A stretch of 47,467 nt of DNA from an uncultured Paracraurococcus sp. (GCA_903896535.1 CAITYE010000400.1:1-47467), one strand, 5' to 3'; counted from the stretch's first letter, positions 19,655-28,409 are shown. A program made the numbers and translations. The notes: generated from the sequence alone by a model not told the origin.

Positions 19655-20203
19655 ATGATCGAATTCATCCGGCGGATTCCAGAAGGTGACGACCGCGAAC
19701 GGCTCACCTGTCCGGATTGCGGCTTCATCGCCTATGAAAATCCCAAAATCGTAGTCGGCAGCGTCGTCAGTGAGGCGGGCCGCATCCTGCTCTGCCGTCG
19801 TGCCATCGAACCGCGGCGGGGCTTCTGGACGCTGCCCGCCGGCTACATGGAAATGGCCGAGACCGTGGAGGAGGCCGCGCAGCGCGAAGCCCGTGAGGAA
19901 GCCGGCGCGGAGATCGCGCTTGAGGGCGTGCTTGCCATCTACTCGATCGCCCGCATCGGGCAGGTGCAGGTAATCTTTCGTGCTGCGCTGGCGCGACCTG
20001 AGGTCGCGGCGGGACCAGAAAGCCTGGAGGTGCGCTTCTTCGATTGGGCCGAGATCCCCTGGGCGGAGATCGCCTTTCCCTCCGTGCATTGGGCGTTGCA
20101 GGCTTGGCAGGCGCGGCAGGGTCAGCCGCTGGGCGCACCGGCCGGCAATCCTCCGGGCGATTCCCGCGGCGTGCACCGGCTGCCGGCCTCGCCAGGGCCA
20201 TGA
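19655..20203 (+). CDS. NUDIX hydrolase with N-terminal zinc-ribbon-like CxxC
   Basis: Nudix box GFWTLPAGYMEMAETVEEAAQREAREEAGA, with a CPDCG motif upstream. The ATG at 19655 is chosen over the longer ORF-track start. Confidence 0.85.
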   Translation: MIEFIRRIPEGDDRERLTCPDCGFIAYENPKIVVGSVVSEAGRILLCRRAIEPRRGFWTLPAGYMEMAETVEEAAQREAREEAGAEIALEGVLAIYSIARIGQVQVIFRAALARPEVAAGPESLEVRFFDWAEIPWAEIAFPSVHWALQAWQARQGQPLGAPAGNPPGDSRGVHRLPASPGP

Positions 20204-20523
20204 TGTGCCTGCGGGCCGGGCTCGCCGCGTTATTCGGCCTTTGGGCAGCACCGGCTGCCGCCGCCAGCGCCAGACGCCGGCGCCGTTCTAATACTGCTGT
20301 CGTGCTCGCGCCGCGTGAGTTCCGCGCGCGTGCGCCAGTGCCCGATCGGACTATCGAGCCGCCGGCGCAGGCGCCAGGCAACGGCCAGGCCTTCGGCCCC
20401 GCCATTCTGCAACGCAGCCTGCCCGGCCGCAGCCCGGCAGAGGGGCCGGCACCGACAGTGCTGGAGGATCAGTTGTTCAAGCCGGCGCCAGGTGCCCGAC
20501 TGAGGCTACCTCTTTCCTTCTGA
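20200..20523 (+). CDS. Hypothetical secreted protein
   Basis: The ATG at 20200 overlaps the NUDIX TGA (ATGA). Signal-like MMCLRAGLAALFGLWAAPAAAA. Third positions are G/C-biased. The protein ends ...RLRLPLSF. No family recognised. Confidence 0.4.
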   Translation: MMCLRAGLAALFGLWAAPAAAASARRRRRSNTAVVLAPREFRARAPVPDRTIEPPAQAPGNGQAFGPAILQRSLPGRSPAEGPAPTVLEDQLFKPAPGARLRLPLSF

Positions 20524-20586
20524 CATCAGCGGCACGAGGCTTTCGCTGGAGCCCGGTGCCCGAAGAAGCAATATGCCGCCGCAAGA

Positions 20587-20638
20587 CTAGAGCAATATCC
20601 GTTCAGGCGGCATCGTCTGAACGGATGTCTTGCTCTGG
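20587..20638. repeat. CTAGAGC-type hairpin module, copy E1
   Basis: Reads ctagagcaat-ATCCGTTCAG-gcggcatcgt-CTGAACGGAT-gtcttgctctgg. The loop and stem resemble the second module of copy B (31091-31120). Confidence 0.75.
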
Positions 20639-20663
20639 AAAAGAGTGTTTCTGGAACAGCTTA

Positions 20664-20706
20664 CCTCCGGTCTAATGGATCACAGCGTGATCCATCAGAC
20701 CGGAGG
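20664..20706 (-). terminator. 20-bp-stem hairpin 14 nt downstream of the Rrf2 gene stop
   Basis: cctccggtctaatggatcac-agc-gtgatccatcagaccggagg, with one mismatch. No obvious U-tract. It could be a REP-like element rather than a terminator. Confidence 0.5.
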
Positions 20707-20719
20707 CTGCTCGAAACTG

Positions 20720-21175
20720 TCAGATCACGAAGTTCAGCGGCTCCAGCGCTTGCCGCCTTACCCCAGCCGCAGCGGCCCGCTTGACGAGGTCGGCGAGGCT
20801 GATCTGGCTGAGATGGTCGCGGCAGAGTTGCTCCAGCTGCATCCACAGAGGCTTGACCACTAGGTTGTGCAAGTGGCCGCCGACCAGCACCTCTGCCCCT
20901 GTCGGCGGATCTTCCGCCAACGCCGCAGCGATGACCTCGGCCAGCAGGATGTCACGGCCAGGTCGCCCGAGCCGATATCCGCCGCGCGGTCCCCGCACCG
21001 ACACCAGGAGCCCGGCCCGCGACAACGACTGCAGCACCGGCTCGATCCCCCTTCGGGCTTGACCGAGACGGTCGGCGATATCTGCCGCGTTCACCGTCTC
21101 GGTCCGGCTAGCGTGAAAGGCGACGTCCAGCATGATGGCAATGCCGGTCATCGCGCGTTCGCGGCGAAGCAGCAT
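20720..21175 (-). CDS. Rrf2 family transcriptional regulator
   Basis: 151 aa with an Rrf2 N-terminal wHTH (AIMLDVAFHA...IADRLGQARRGIEPVLQSLSRAGLLVSVRGPRGGYRL). Only one Cys in the whole protein. Confidence 0.85.
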   Translation of the reverse strand: MLLRRERAMTGIAIMLDVAFHASRTETVNAADIADRLGQARRGIEPVLQSLSRAGLLVSVRGPRGGYRLGRPGRDILLAEVIAAALAEDPPTGAEVLVGGHLHNLVVKPLWMQLEQLCRDHLSQISLADLVKRAAAAGVRRQALEPLNFVI

Positions 21176-21202
21176 GGCCCTCTCTCCGGACGTACGCCGG
21201 CC

Positions 21203-21907
21203 TCAGCTGTTGGTGAGCGTCGAGGCTTCCGGCCCCTTACGCCCCTGCACCACCTGCATGACCACGGACTGTCCTTCGCTCAACGGCGGCAGGCTCGAAC
21301 GCTCAAGCGCGGTCGCATGGACGAAGACATCGCGTCCGCCACCCTCGGGCGAGATGAAGCCAAAGCCTTTCTCGGCGTTGTACCACTTCACCGTGCCGCG
21401 CATTTCCTGCGCGTCGCCCTGTGGCTGGAAGCCACCGCCACCACCGCCGCCGCCTGGACGCGGCGGACGTGGACCAGCGCCGAAGCCGCCGCTGCGCGGT
21501 GGGCCGCTGGGCCCTGCCGCACCCGGCTCGCCCGGGCTGGTGATGGCCGTGACCTCGGTCACCTGTTGGCCCTTCTGGCCGGGACCCACCCGGACCTTCA
21601 GTTGCGCACCAGGATTAACCGCGTCGTTGCCGGATCGCTGCAGCACAGAGACGTGCAGGAAAGCATCGCCTGAGCCGTTACCGAGCTCGACAAACCCGAA
21701 ACCTTTCTCCGGGTTGAACCACTTCACCGTTGCCTCGATCTCCGGCCCGGAGGCGAAGACTGATGGCCCGCGGGAAGCGGGCATACTAGGCGTCGGGAAA
21801 GCGGGCGGGGCACCCCAGCCGCCTCCGCCGCCGCCGAAATCTGGGGTGTCATCGTCAAAACCGCGCTTGCGTGGTCGGCGGGGGCGCCAGGACTCGTTCT
21901 TCGCCAT
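21203..21907 (-). CDS. Cold-shock-domain protein with two CSDs and disordered R/G/P-rich segments
   Basis: Two CSDs: VKWFNPEKGFGFVELGNGSGDAFLHVS and VKWYNAEKGFGFISPEGGGRDVFVHAT. The N-terminus is basic (RPRRPRKRG), with G6 and G8 runs. Confidence 0.9.
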   Translation of the reverse strand: MAKNESWRPRRPRKRGFDDDTPDFGGGGGGWGAPPAFPTPSMPASRGPSVFASGPEIEATVKWFNPEKGFGFVELGNGSGDAFLHVSVLQRSGNDAVNPGAQLKVRVGPGQKGQQVTEVTAITSPGEPGAAGPSGPPRSGGFGAGPRPPRPGGGGGGGGFQPQGDAQEMRGTVKWYNAEKGFGFISPEGGGRDVFVHATALERSSLPPLSEGQSVVMQVVQGRKGPEASTLTNS

Positions 21908-22129
21908 CTTTTACTCTTCGGTGCTCCTTGCGGCCGCTACGACCGGAATGCCCGGCCGCGCGACAAGCTGAATCCGCGTGCAGCCCGAACGGCCCACCCG
22001 ATCCTCAACTGACCTATAGCATAGGCGATCGCGCCGGTTGCGCCAGGGTATGGCAAGGCGCGCGGTCAGTTTTTCTACAAACTTTCTGCAACCCGTCACT
22101 TTGGCGCATCGCTAAGCGTGCCGTACACC

Positions 22130-22429
22130 TCAGGGCGCGCCCAATTCCTCATAAAGCAAAAGCGCCTCCGGCGCCGGTCCCCGCCGCTCGCTTAGCGCCA
22201 CGATCTTCAGCACCCGGACGACGCCCCGCTCTCCCGAGCCGAGGGCGAGAGTCAGCACATCGCCGGGCCGAACCCGAGCATGCGGCTTATCTGTCGGCTG
22301 GCGGTTCAGCCGAACCGCGCCACTGCTGACTAGTTTTGTGCAAAGACCGCGGGTGCGGGCGAGTCGGGCGTGCCAGAGCCAGACATCGAGGCGTTGCCAA
22401 GCCTCGGGATCGCTTGGCGGTACCGGCAA
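22130..22429 (-). CDS. RNA-binding S4 domain protein (Hsp15-like)
   Basis: 99 aa with an S4-like motif (RLDVWLWHARLARTRGLCTKLVSSGAVRLN). A TTG start lies 1 nt after the helicase stop. Confidence 0.8.
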   Translation of the reverse strand: MPVPPSDPEAWQRLDVWLWHARLARTRGLCTKLVSSGAVRLNRQPTDKPHARVRPGDVLTLALGSGERGVVRVLKIVALSERRGPAPEALLLYEELGAP

Positions 22430-22430
22430 C

Positions 22431-25400
22431 CTAGGGCTTTTGCTGCTGCTTCAGGCGCAGCAGCACCGCAAAAGGCGAATCTGGATCAATGCCGCCTTCA
22501 CCCTGAGTCTTGGGGGCCTCGGCCCGCAGAACGCGTTCCTCGCGCGGCCCGCGTTCACCGCGTGAGGGCCCGCCATACCGGTCGCCGCGCGGTGGGCCGC
22601 CGGACCGGTCGCCGGGTGGGCCATTCGGGCGGCGGTCCCGTTCCCACGGCTTGCCGCCGCCCTCGCGGCCATCCGGTCGGCCGGGGCGTTGCGGCAAGGA
22701 TTGCTTGCGTAACTCTGTCGGAATCGGCGGGCCGAAGAAAATCATCGCGGCGCTGGTCGGCGGCGGCAGCGGTGCGGCCGGCGGCTGGCGCGGGCCGTCG
22801 CGACGCTCGCGGCCATGGTCGCGAGCGCGTGGCGGACGCCCGTCATGACGTCCGTCGACCCGGCCCTCTGGGCGTGCCTCCGGGCTTGCCTCTGGCTTTC
22901 CCCCCGGTCGTGGGCCGTGCCGTTCCGGCGGCTCGCGGCGCGGCCCACGCTGCGGCGGGCGTTGTTCGTCGCGGGCTGGCGCGGTGTCGCCCTCGGCGCG
23001 CGGGCCGCGCCGTAGTGGGCGGCCCGGTTGGTTGGGGCGGGGGGCGCGCCCGGGATGCTGTGGGCGGAACTGCGCCACCCGCAGCGGCGCCGGCGGGCCG
23101 TATTCGCCCTCGGCAAGCGGCGTTGGCTCCAGGAGCCGGAAACCGAGCGCGGTCAGAGTAGTGCCGAGCGAATCGCCCTTTACGCCAAGCCGGCTGGCGA
23201 GATCGCCGGGCGGTGGCGCCGGCGCCCGGCGGGTCAGGAAGCCAAGCTCGGCGGCGATCCGCTCGGCGACGTCGAGGCGAAGCAGGATCGGCCCTGCGGG
23301 CACCCAGCCCATCGCCTCAGCGAAGCCCCCGGGCCAACCCTGCGGCGGCACCAGCGGCGCGTTGCCTTCGCCCGCCGCCGGCTCGCGCCGTTGCAATGCA
23401 ACGAGGCCGGGTGCCGGAAGAGGGGGGGTCTCGATATTGCGCGACAGCGCCCAGATCTGCGCCCTGAGCGCCATCGCACGCGGCTTTAGGGCTTCCGGCA
23501 CGAACAAGGCGAAGCGCCCCGCGCGCACGCCGATCGCTTTGAGCTTCTGGCGCAGCTCCGGGCCGATCTCGCGCATCGTGCCGCCCGGCGCGATGCCGAG
23601 ATGCTCGCGCAACAGGAAGGCCGGCCCACGCAGCGCACCCTCGGCCTCAGCTTTTTGCTCAACGCTCGCAATGATGGCGAGTTCCTTGCCGACAAGTCCC
23701 TCGACATAGCGGGCCAGCCGCACGCGGACGCGCTCGCGCTGCGCCCCGTCGAGAAATTCCGAGGGCAGCACCTCGACCTGTGGCTTGGCAGGCTCCGATC
23801 CTGGCCGCAGCCGCGCAACCTCGGCCGCCTCACCGCTACCGTTGTTCCAGGTGAGACGGTGCGTACCGGTGAGGGAGAAGGCCTCATCGCGGGCGATTTC
23901 GACCGCCGCAACGCGCCGGGGCATTTCCTCCTTCAGCGCGCGGCGGGCGGCGCGCAGGATCAAACGCCGCTGCTCCTCGGTCTCCGCCTCGGCCTCCGGG
24001 TGGAACACGAAGCCGGCGACTCTGCCTACGGGGTGGCCTTCGACGATCACCTCGCCCTGGCGGGTCACTGCCGAGAGCAGATCTTCCTCGTTGGTCGTCT
24101 CGTCCAGCCGGCGGATCAAATGCGCGGCGCGGCGGTCGACGAAGCGTGCGGTCAAGCTCTCGTGCAGCGCGTCGGAGACGGCGTCTTCCACGCGGCGTGC
24201 TTCGGTCTGGAAGCCGGCGGCCTCCCGCAGCCAGTCGGCGCGGGTGGCTATGTAGGACCAGACGCGGATCGAGGCGAGCCGCGCCATCAACGTATCGAGA
24301 TCTCCCGCGGTATTGCCCAGTCCGGCAAGCTGCGTAGCGATCCAGTCCTCCGGCAGCACACCATCTTCCGCAAGGTGGCGGAAGATGCGACCGCACAGCA
24401 CAGTGTGGCTGTCATCGGCCAGCTTGCGGAAATCCGGCACCTGGCAAGCTTCCCAGAGCAGCCGGACCCGTTGCCGTCCGCTTGCCAGTGTACGGACCTC
24501 TGTCTCGCGCGCTAGCATCGACAGGATGATGTGATCATCCGCGTCGTGCCCCTTGGCGAGGCCGGGGACGGGCGGCGGCGCGCCAAGGCTGTCGAGCAGC
24601 GCATCGACGCTGGTAAAATCTAGCTCGCTATTCCGCCAGGCCAGGGTCTGCATGGCCTCGAAGCTATGATTTTCGATCTTTTCGATCATTTCCTGGGGCA
24701 GGGGCGGGCAGTCGCCGGTGGTGCCGAAGCTGCCGTCGCGCATGCCGCGGCCGGCACGGCCGGCGATCTGCGCCGCTTCCTGCGCGTTGAGCGGCCTGGC
24801 GGCATGGCCGTCGAATTTCTGCAAGGCGGCGAAGGCCACATGGTCGACATCCATGTTGAGGCCCATGCCGATCGCATCGGTCGCTACCAGGAAATCGACC
24901 TCGCGGTTCTGATAGAGCGCCACCTGGGCATTCCGCGTGCGCGGGCTGAGCCGGCCCATCACCACCGCGCAGCCACCGCGGCGGCGGCGGATAGCCTCGG
25001 CGATCGCGTAGACCTCGGCGGCCGAAAAGGCCACCACGGCGCTCCGCGGCGGCAGCTTGCTCAGCTTGATCTGCCCCGCATGGGTCAGCTGGGAGAGGCG
25101 CGGGCGCGTTTCGATCTCGGCCTGCGGCACCAGGCGATGCAGCAGCGGGCGGATGGTTTCGGCGCCCATGAACATGGTCTCAACCATGCCGCGCGCATTG
25201 AGCAGCCGGTCGGTGAAGACATGGCCACGATCCGGGTCGGCGCAGAGCTGGATCTCGTCGACCGCGACGAACTCGACCCGACGGTCAAGTGGCATCGCCT
25301 CAACCGTGCAGGCGAACCACTTTGCGTCCGGCGGGATGATCTTTTCCTCGCCCGTGATCAGCGCGACGTGACGCTCGCCCTTAGCGGCCACCATGCGGTC

Positions 25401-25535
25401 ATAGTTCTCGCGTGCGAGCAGGCGCAGCGGAAAGCCGATGATGCCGCTGGCATGCGCCAGCAGGCGCGTGATGGCTAAATGGGTCTTGCCGGTATTGGTA
25501 GGGCCGAGGATGGCCTTGACGCGGGCATCGAACAT
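22431..25535 (-). CDS. Suv3-like superfamily-2 ATP-dependent helicase with ~210-aa R/G/P-rich C-terminal tail
   Basis: From the ATG at 25535 (MFDARVKAILGPTNTGKTH is Walker A). DEIQ box (VAVDEIQL) and the Suv3-type motif ATDAIGMGLNMDVDHV. The tail spans about 22434-23072. Confidence 0.9.
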   Translation of the reverse strand: MFDARVKAILGPTNTGKTHLAITRLLAHASGIIGFPLRLLARENYDRMVAAKGERHVALITGEEKIIPPDAKWFACTVEAMPLDRRVEFVAVDEIQLCADPDRGHVFTDRLLNARGMVETMFMGAETIRPLLHRLVPQAEIETRPRLSQLTHAGQIKLSKLPPRSAVVAFSAAEVYAIAEAIRRRRGGCAVVMGRLSPRTRNAQVALYQNREVDFLVATDAIGMGLNMDVDHVAFAALQKFDGHAARPLNAQEAAQIAGRAGRGMRDGSFGTTGDCPPLPQEMIEKIENHSFEAMQTLAWRNSELDFTSVDALLDSLGAPPPVPGLAKGHDADDHIILSMLARETEVRTLASGRQRVRLLWEACQVPDFRKLADDSHTVLCGRIFRHLAEDGVLPEDWIATQLAGLGNTAGDLDTLMARLASIRVWSYIATRADWLREAAGFQTEARRVEDAVSDALHESLTARFVDRRAAHLIRRLDETTNEEDLLSAVTRQGEVIVEGHPVGRVAGFVFHPEAEAETEEQRRLILRAARRALKEEMPRRVAAVEIARDEAFSLTGTHRLTWNNGSGEAAEVARLRPGSEPAKPQVEVLPSEFLDGAQRERVRVRLARYVEGLVGKELAIIASVEQKAEAEGALRGPAFLLREHLGIAPGGTMREIGPELRQKLKAIGVRAGRFALFVPEALKPRAMALRAQIWALSRNIETPPLPAPGLVALQRREPAAGEGNAPLVPPQGWPGGFAEAMGWVPAGPILLRLDVAERIAAELGFLTRRAPAPPPGDLASRLGVKGDSLGTTLTALGFRLLEPTPLAEGEYGPPAPLRVAQFRPQHPGRAPRPNQPGRPLRRGPRAEGDTAPARDEQRPPQRGPRREPPERHGPRPGGKPEASPEARPEGRVDGRHDGRPPRARDHGRERRDGPRQPPAAPLPPPTSAAMIFFGPPIPTELRKQSLPQRPGRPDGREGGGKPWERDRRPNGPPGDRSGGPPRGDRYGGPSRGERGPREERVLRAEAPKTQGEGGIDPDSPFAVLLRLKQQQKP

Positions 25536-25624
25536 GGGGGGCGGCGGATCCGGCTCAGGACTTAGACCATTGGGCCGGAAAGGACCGATTTGCAACCGGG
25601 CGGCGCGGCGGGGTATCGCGTTAC

Positions 25625-26734
25625 GTGCCCGCCCGTTTCGCCCTTCTTTTTGCCGCGGAGTTTGCCGCGCTTGGCATCTTGATGCCGTTCCTGCCGGCGG
25701 TGCTTGCCGGGCATGGGATGGGCGCGAACGAAATTGCCGCACTGCTCGCCACCGGCTCAGCAGTGCGGCTGCTGGCGGCGCCGCTGCTCGGGCGCGGCGC
25801 CGACGGCCTGGGTGAGCCGCGCCGGATGCTGGTTCTGGCGACCGCCGCAGCGACCTTCACCGTGTGCGGCTATGGGCTGGGCGGTGGCTTCCTCGCTCTG
25901 CTCGCGGTCGCGGCGCTGCACGCCATGGTCAGCGCGCCGATCATCCCGCTTTCGGATGCGATCTGTCTCGCGGCTACGCGTCGGGAAGGATTCGATTACG
26001 GTCGCGTGCGCTCGGCTGGCTCGATCAGTTTCATCGTGGCGGTCGCCCTGGCCGGCCAGGCGGTGGAGCGGCTGGGGTTAAATAGTATCGTCTGGGGCGC
26101 CGCACTTTGCTTTTCCGCCACCGCGTTCGCAGCCTCCCGCCTGCCGCCGTTGCCCACGGCGGGCGGCAGGCATGGCGGCTTCCGGGCGCCGTTCGCCGAT
26201 GCCGCCTTCCGTCGTTTGCTGCCGGTCTCCGCGCTGATCCAGGGCAGTCACGCGCTGTTCTACGGCTTTGGCGCACTGTACTGGCAACAGGCTGGGCTTT
26301 CGGCCGGCCTCATCGGCGCGCTCTGGGCCGAGGGCGTGATCGCCGAGGTCGCGCTGTTCCTCTGGGGACGCCCGCTTGCTGACCGGCTGGGGGCGCGCGG
26401 CCTCGCGCTGCTCGCCGCGCTGGCCGGGCTGGTGCGCTGGCTGGTCTTTGCTGAAACCGTGGCGGTGCCGGCGCTTGCGCTGGCCCAGCTGCTGCATGCG
26501 GCGACCTTCGGCATGATGCATCTGGCGGCTATGCGCGTGTTGGTGGGCCTGCCGACGCATCTTGCCGCAACCGCGCAGACCCTGCATGCCTCGCTCGGTG
26601 TAGGCCTGACCATGGGGGTACTGACGCTGCTCTCCGGCCCCGTCTATGAGGGCTACGGCGGGCAGGGCTTCCTGGCGATGGCGGCGCTCTGCGTGCTGGC
26701 GATCCCGCTTGCCTGGCGGCTGCCGGTGCGCTGA
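25625..26734 (+). CDS. MFS transporter (HcaT/MFS_1_like type)
   Basis: 369 aa with about 12 hydrophobic segments and a GTG start. It is divergent from the helicase gene. Confidence 0.8.
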   Translation: MPARFALLFAAEFAALGILMPFLPAVLAGHGMGANEIAALLATGSAVRLLAAPLLGRGADGLGEPRRMLVLATAAATFTVCGYGLGGGFLALLAVAALHAMVSAPIIPLSDAICLAATRREGFDYGRVRSAGSISFIVAVALAGQAVERLGLNSIVWGAALCFSATAFAASRLPPLPTAGGRHGGFRAPFADAAFRRLLPVSALIQGSHALFYGFGALYWQQAGLSAGLIGALWAEGVIAEVALFLWGRPLADRLGARGLALLAALAGLVRWLVFAETVAVPALALAQLLHAATFGMMHLAAMRVLVGLPTHLAATAQTLHASLGVGLTMGVLTLLSGPVYEGYGGQGFLAMAALCVLAIPLAWRLPVR

Positions 26735-26780
26735 GCAGTACGGGCAGGAATGCCACAAGCCCGTCGGCGCCGCCGGGCGT

Positions 26781-26813
26781 CCCCGCAATCCACACCCATC
26801 CCCGCAATCCACA
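26781..26813 (+). promoter_or_regulatory. Tandem 14-mers ccccgcAATCCACA x2 (DnaA-box-like) upstream of dnaB
   Basis: Perfect direct repeats at 26781-26794 and 26800-26813 (period 19 bp), 28 nt before the dnaB ATG. The 9-mer CAATCCACA matches TTATCCACA at 7 of 9 positions. Confidence 0.4.
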
Positions 26814-26840
26814 GGGGGCCCTTGCGCTAAGGTGGCAGTG

Positions 26841-28370
26841 ATGAACACATTCGATTCGCGTCCGCCGCAGCCCGGCGAGGGGGCGGGGCTTGGCGCCTCG
26901 CTCCGTCTGCCGCCGACCAATTTGCAGGCCGAACAGGCGCTGCTCGGCGCCCTGCTGGCAAATAACCGGGCCTTCGAGCAGGTCGCCGAATTCCTGGCCG
27001 AGGAGCATTTCGCCGATCCGCTGCATGGGCGCGTCTACCGCGCCATTCAACGCCGGGTGGATGCCCGGCAACTGGCCGATGTGGTCACCCTGCGGGCTGA
27101 GTTCGAGCATTCCGGCCTGCTGGATGAGGTCGGCGGGCCGGCCTACCTGGCACAACTGCTTTCCGCCATGGTCGGCATCATCAATGCCGGCCAGTACGGG
27201 CGGCTGATCTATGATTGCTGGCTGCGCCGCCAGCTGGTCGATGTCGGCGAGGAGCTGGTCAACCGCGCCTTCGGCGCCGATCCCGAGCTGGATGGTCGCC
27301 AGCAGATCGAAGCTACCGAGCAGCGCCTGTTCGAACTGGCGACCGAGGGCCGGGCCGAGGGCGGCCCGATCAGTTTCAGCAAGGCGCTGACCGCGGCGAT
27401 CGAGCTCGCCGAGCGCGCCTTCACCACACCGGGTGGCGTCTCCGGCCTCAGCTCGGGGCTCCGCGATCTCGATGCCAAGACCGGCGGCTTGCACCCGTCT
27501 GACCTTGTGATCCTCGCCGGCCGGCCGGGTATGGGCAAGACCGCCCTGGCGACGAAAATCGCCTTCGGCGCCGCCCAGGCCCTGCTGCGCGAAGTTCAAC
27601 AGGCTGAAGCCACCGAACAGGCGGTATCGATCAAGAAGGTTGCGATCTTTTCGCTCGAAATGAGTGCCGATCAGCTCGCTACCCGTCTGCTGTCCGAGAC
27701 GTCGCGCGTCTCCGGCGACCGCATCCGGCGCGGCGACATCTCGCAGCGTGATTTCGACCGCTTCGTGGAGGCCAGCCGAGAGCTAGCTGCTTTGCCGCTG
27801 GTGATCGACGACACCCCGGCGATTACCGTTTCCGCCCTGCGGACCCGCTGCCGGCGGCTGGAGCGCAATGGCGGGCTGGCGCTGGTCGTGGTCGACTACT
27901 TGCAGTTGATGCGCCCGGCCGCCGGGACGCGGCCGGAGAGCCGGGTGCTGGAGATCTCCATGATCACTCAGGGGCTGAAGGCGCTGGCCAAGGAGCTGAA
28001 GGTTCCGGTGATCGCACTGTCCCAGCTCTCCCGCGCGGTCGAACAGCGCGAGGACAAGCGACCGCAGCTGTCGGACCTGCGCGAGTCCGGCTCGATCGAG
28101 CAGGACGCCGACATGGTTATGTTTGTCTACCGAGACGAGTATTACGAGGCGCAGCGGGCGCCGAAGCAGGTCGGCTTCGAGAATGAGGAGAAGTTCCAGG
28201 ACGCGCTGAATGCCTGGCAGCAGCGCATGGAGGCTGTCCATAACAAGGCCGACCTGATCATCGCCAAGCAGCGCCACGGCCCGACCGGCACCGTCCCGTT
28301 GTTTTTCGAGGCCGAGTTCACCCGGTTCGGCGATCTCGAACAGACCCATGGCGGGGGTGGCGATTATTAG
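26841..28370 (+). CDS. dnaB: Replicative DNA helicase
   Basis: N-terminus PPTNLQAEQALLGALL, Walker A GRPGMGKT, and the DnaB C-terminal motifs LSQLSRAVEQREDKRPQLSDLRESGSIEQDAD and AKQRHGPTG. Confidence 0.95.
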   Translation: MNTFDSRPPQPGEGAGLGASLRLPPTNLQAEQALLGALLANNRAFEQVAEFLAEEHFADPLHGRVYRAIQRRVDARQLADVVTLRAEFEHSGLLDEVGGPAYLAQLLSAMVGIINAGQYGRLIYDCWLRRQLVDVGEELVNRAFGADPELDGRQQIEATEQRLFELATEGRAEGGPISFSKALTAAIELAERAFTTPGGVSGLSSGLRDLDAKTGGLHPSDLVILAGRPGMGKTALATKIAFGAAQALLREVQQAEATEQAVSIKKVAIFSLEMSADQLATRLLSETSRVSGDRIRRGDISQRDFDRFVEASRELAALPLVIDDTPAITVSALRTRCRRLERNGGLALVVVDYLQLMRPAAGTRPESRVLEISMITQGLKALAKELKVPVIALSQLSRAVEQREDKRPQLSDLRESGSIEQDADMVMFVYRDEYYEAQRAPKQVGFENEEKFQDALNAWQQRMEAVHNKADLIIAKQRHGPTGTVPLFFEAEFTRFGDLEQTHGGGGDY

Positions 28371-28409
28371 CCGCTTGCGCCGGCCGGGGCGGCGCGCCAT
28401 GCCCCGGGA

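Noticed and set aside
25536-25742. ORF-track N-terminal extensions of many genes (helicase, tgt, queF, dnaB, mlaF, miaA, ilvI, PuuE-like, M16, DUF2076-like, protease).
   Set aside because: The extensions overlap upstream genes or spacers and are Arg/Pro-rich. Internal starts restore canonical family N-termini, often with an SD or an ATGA/TGATG coupling.
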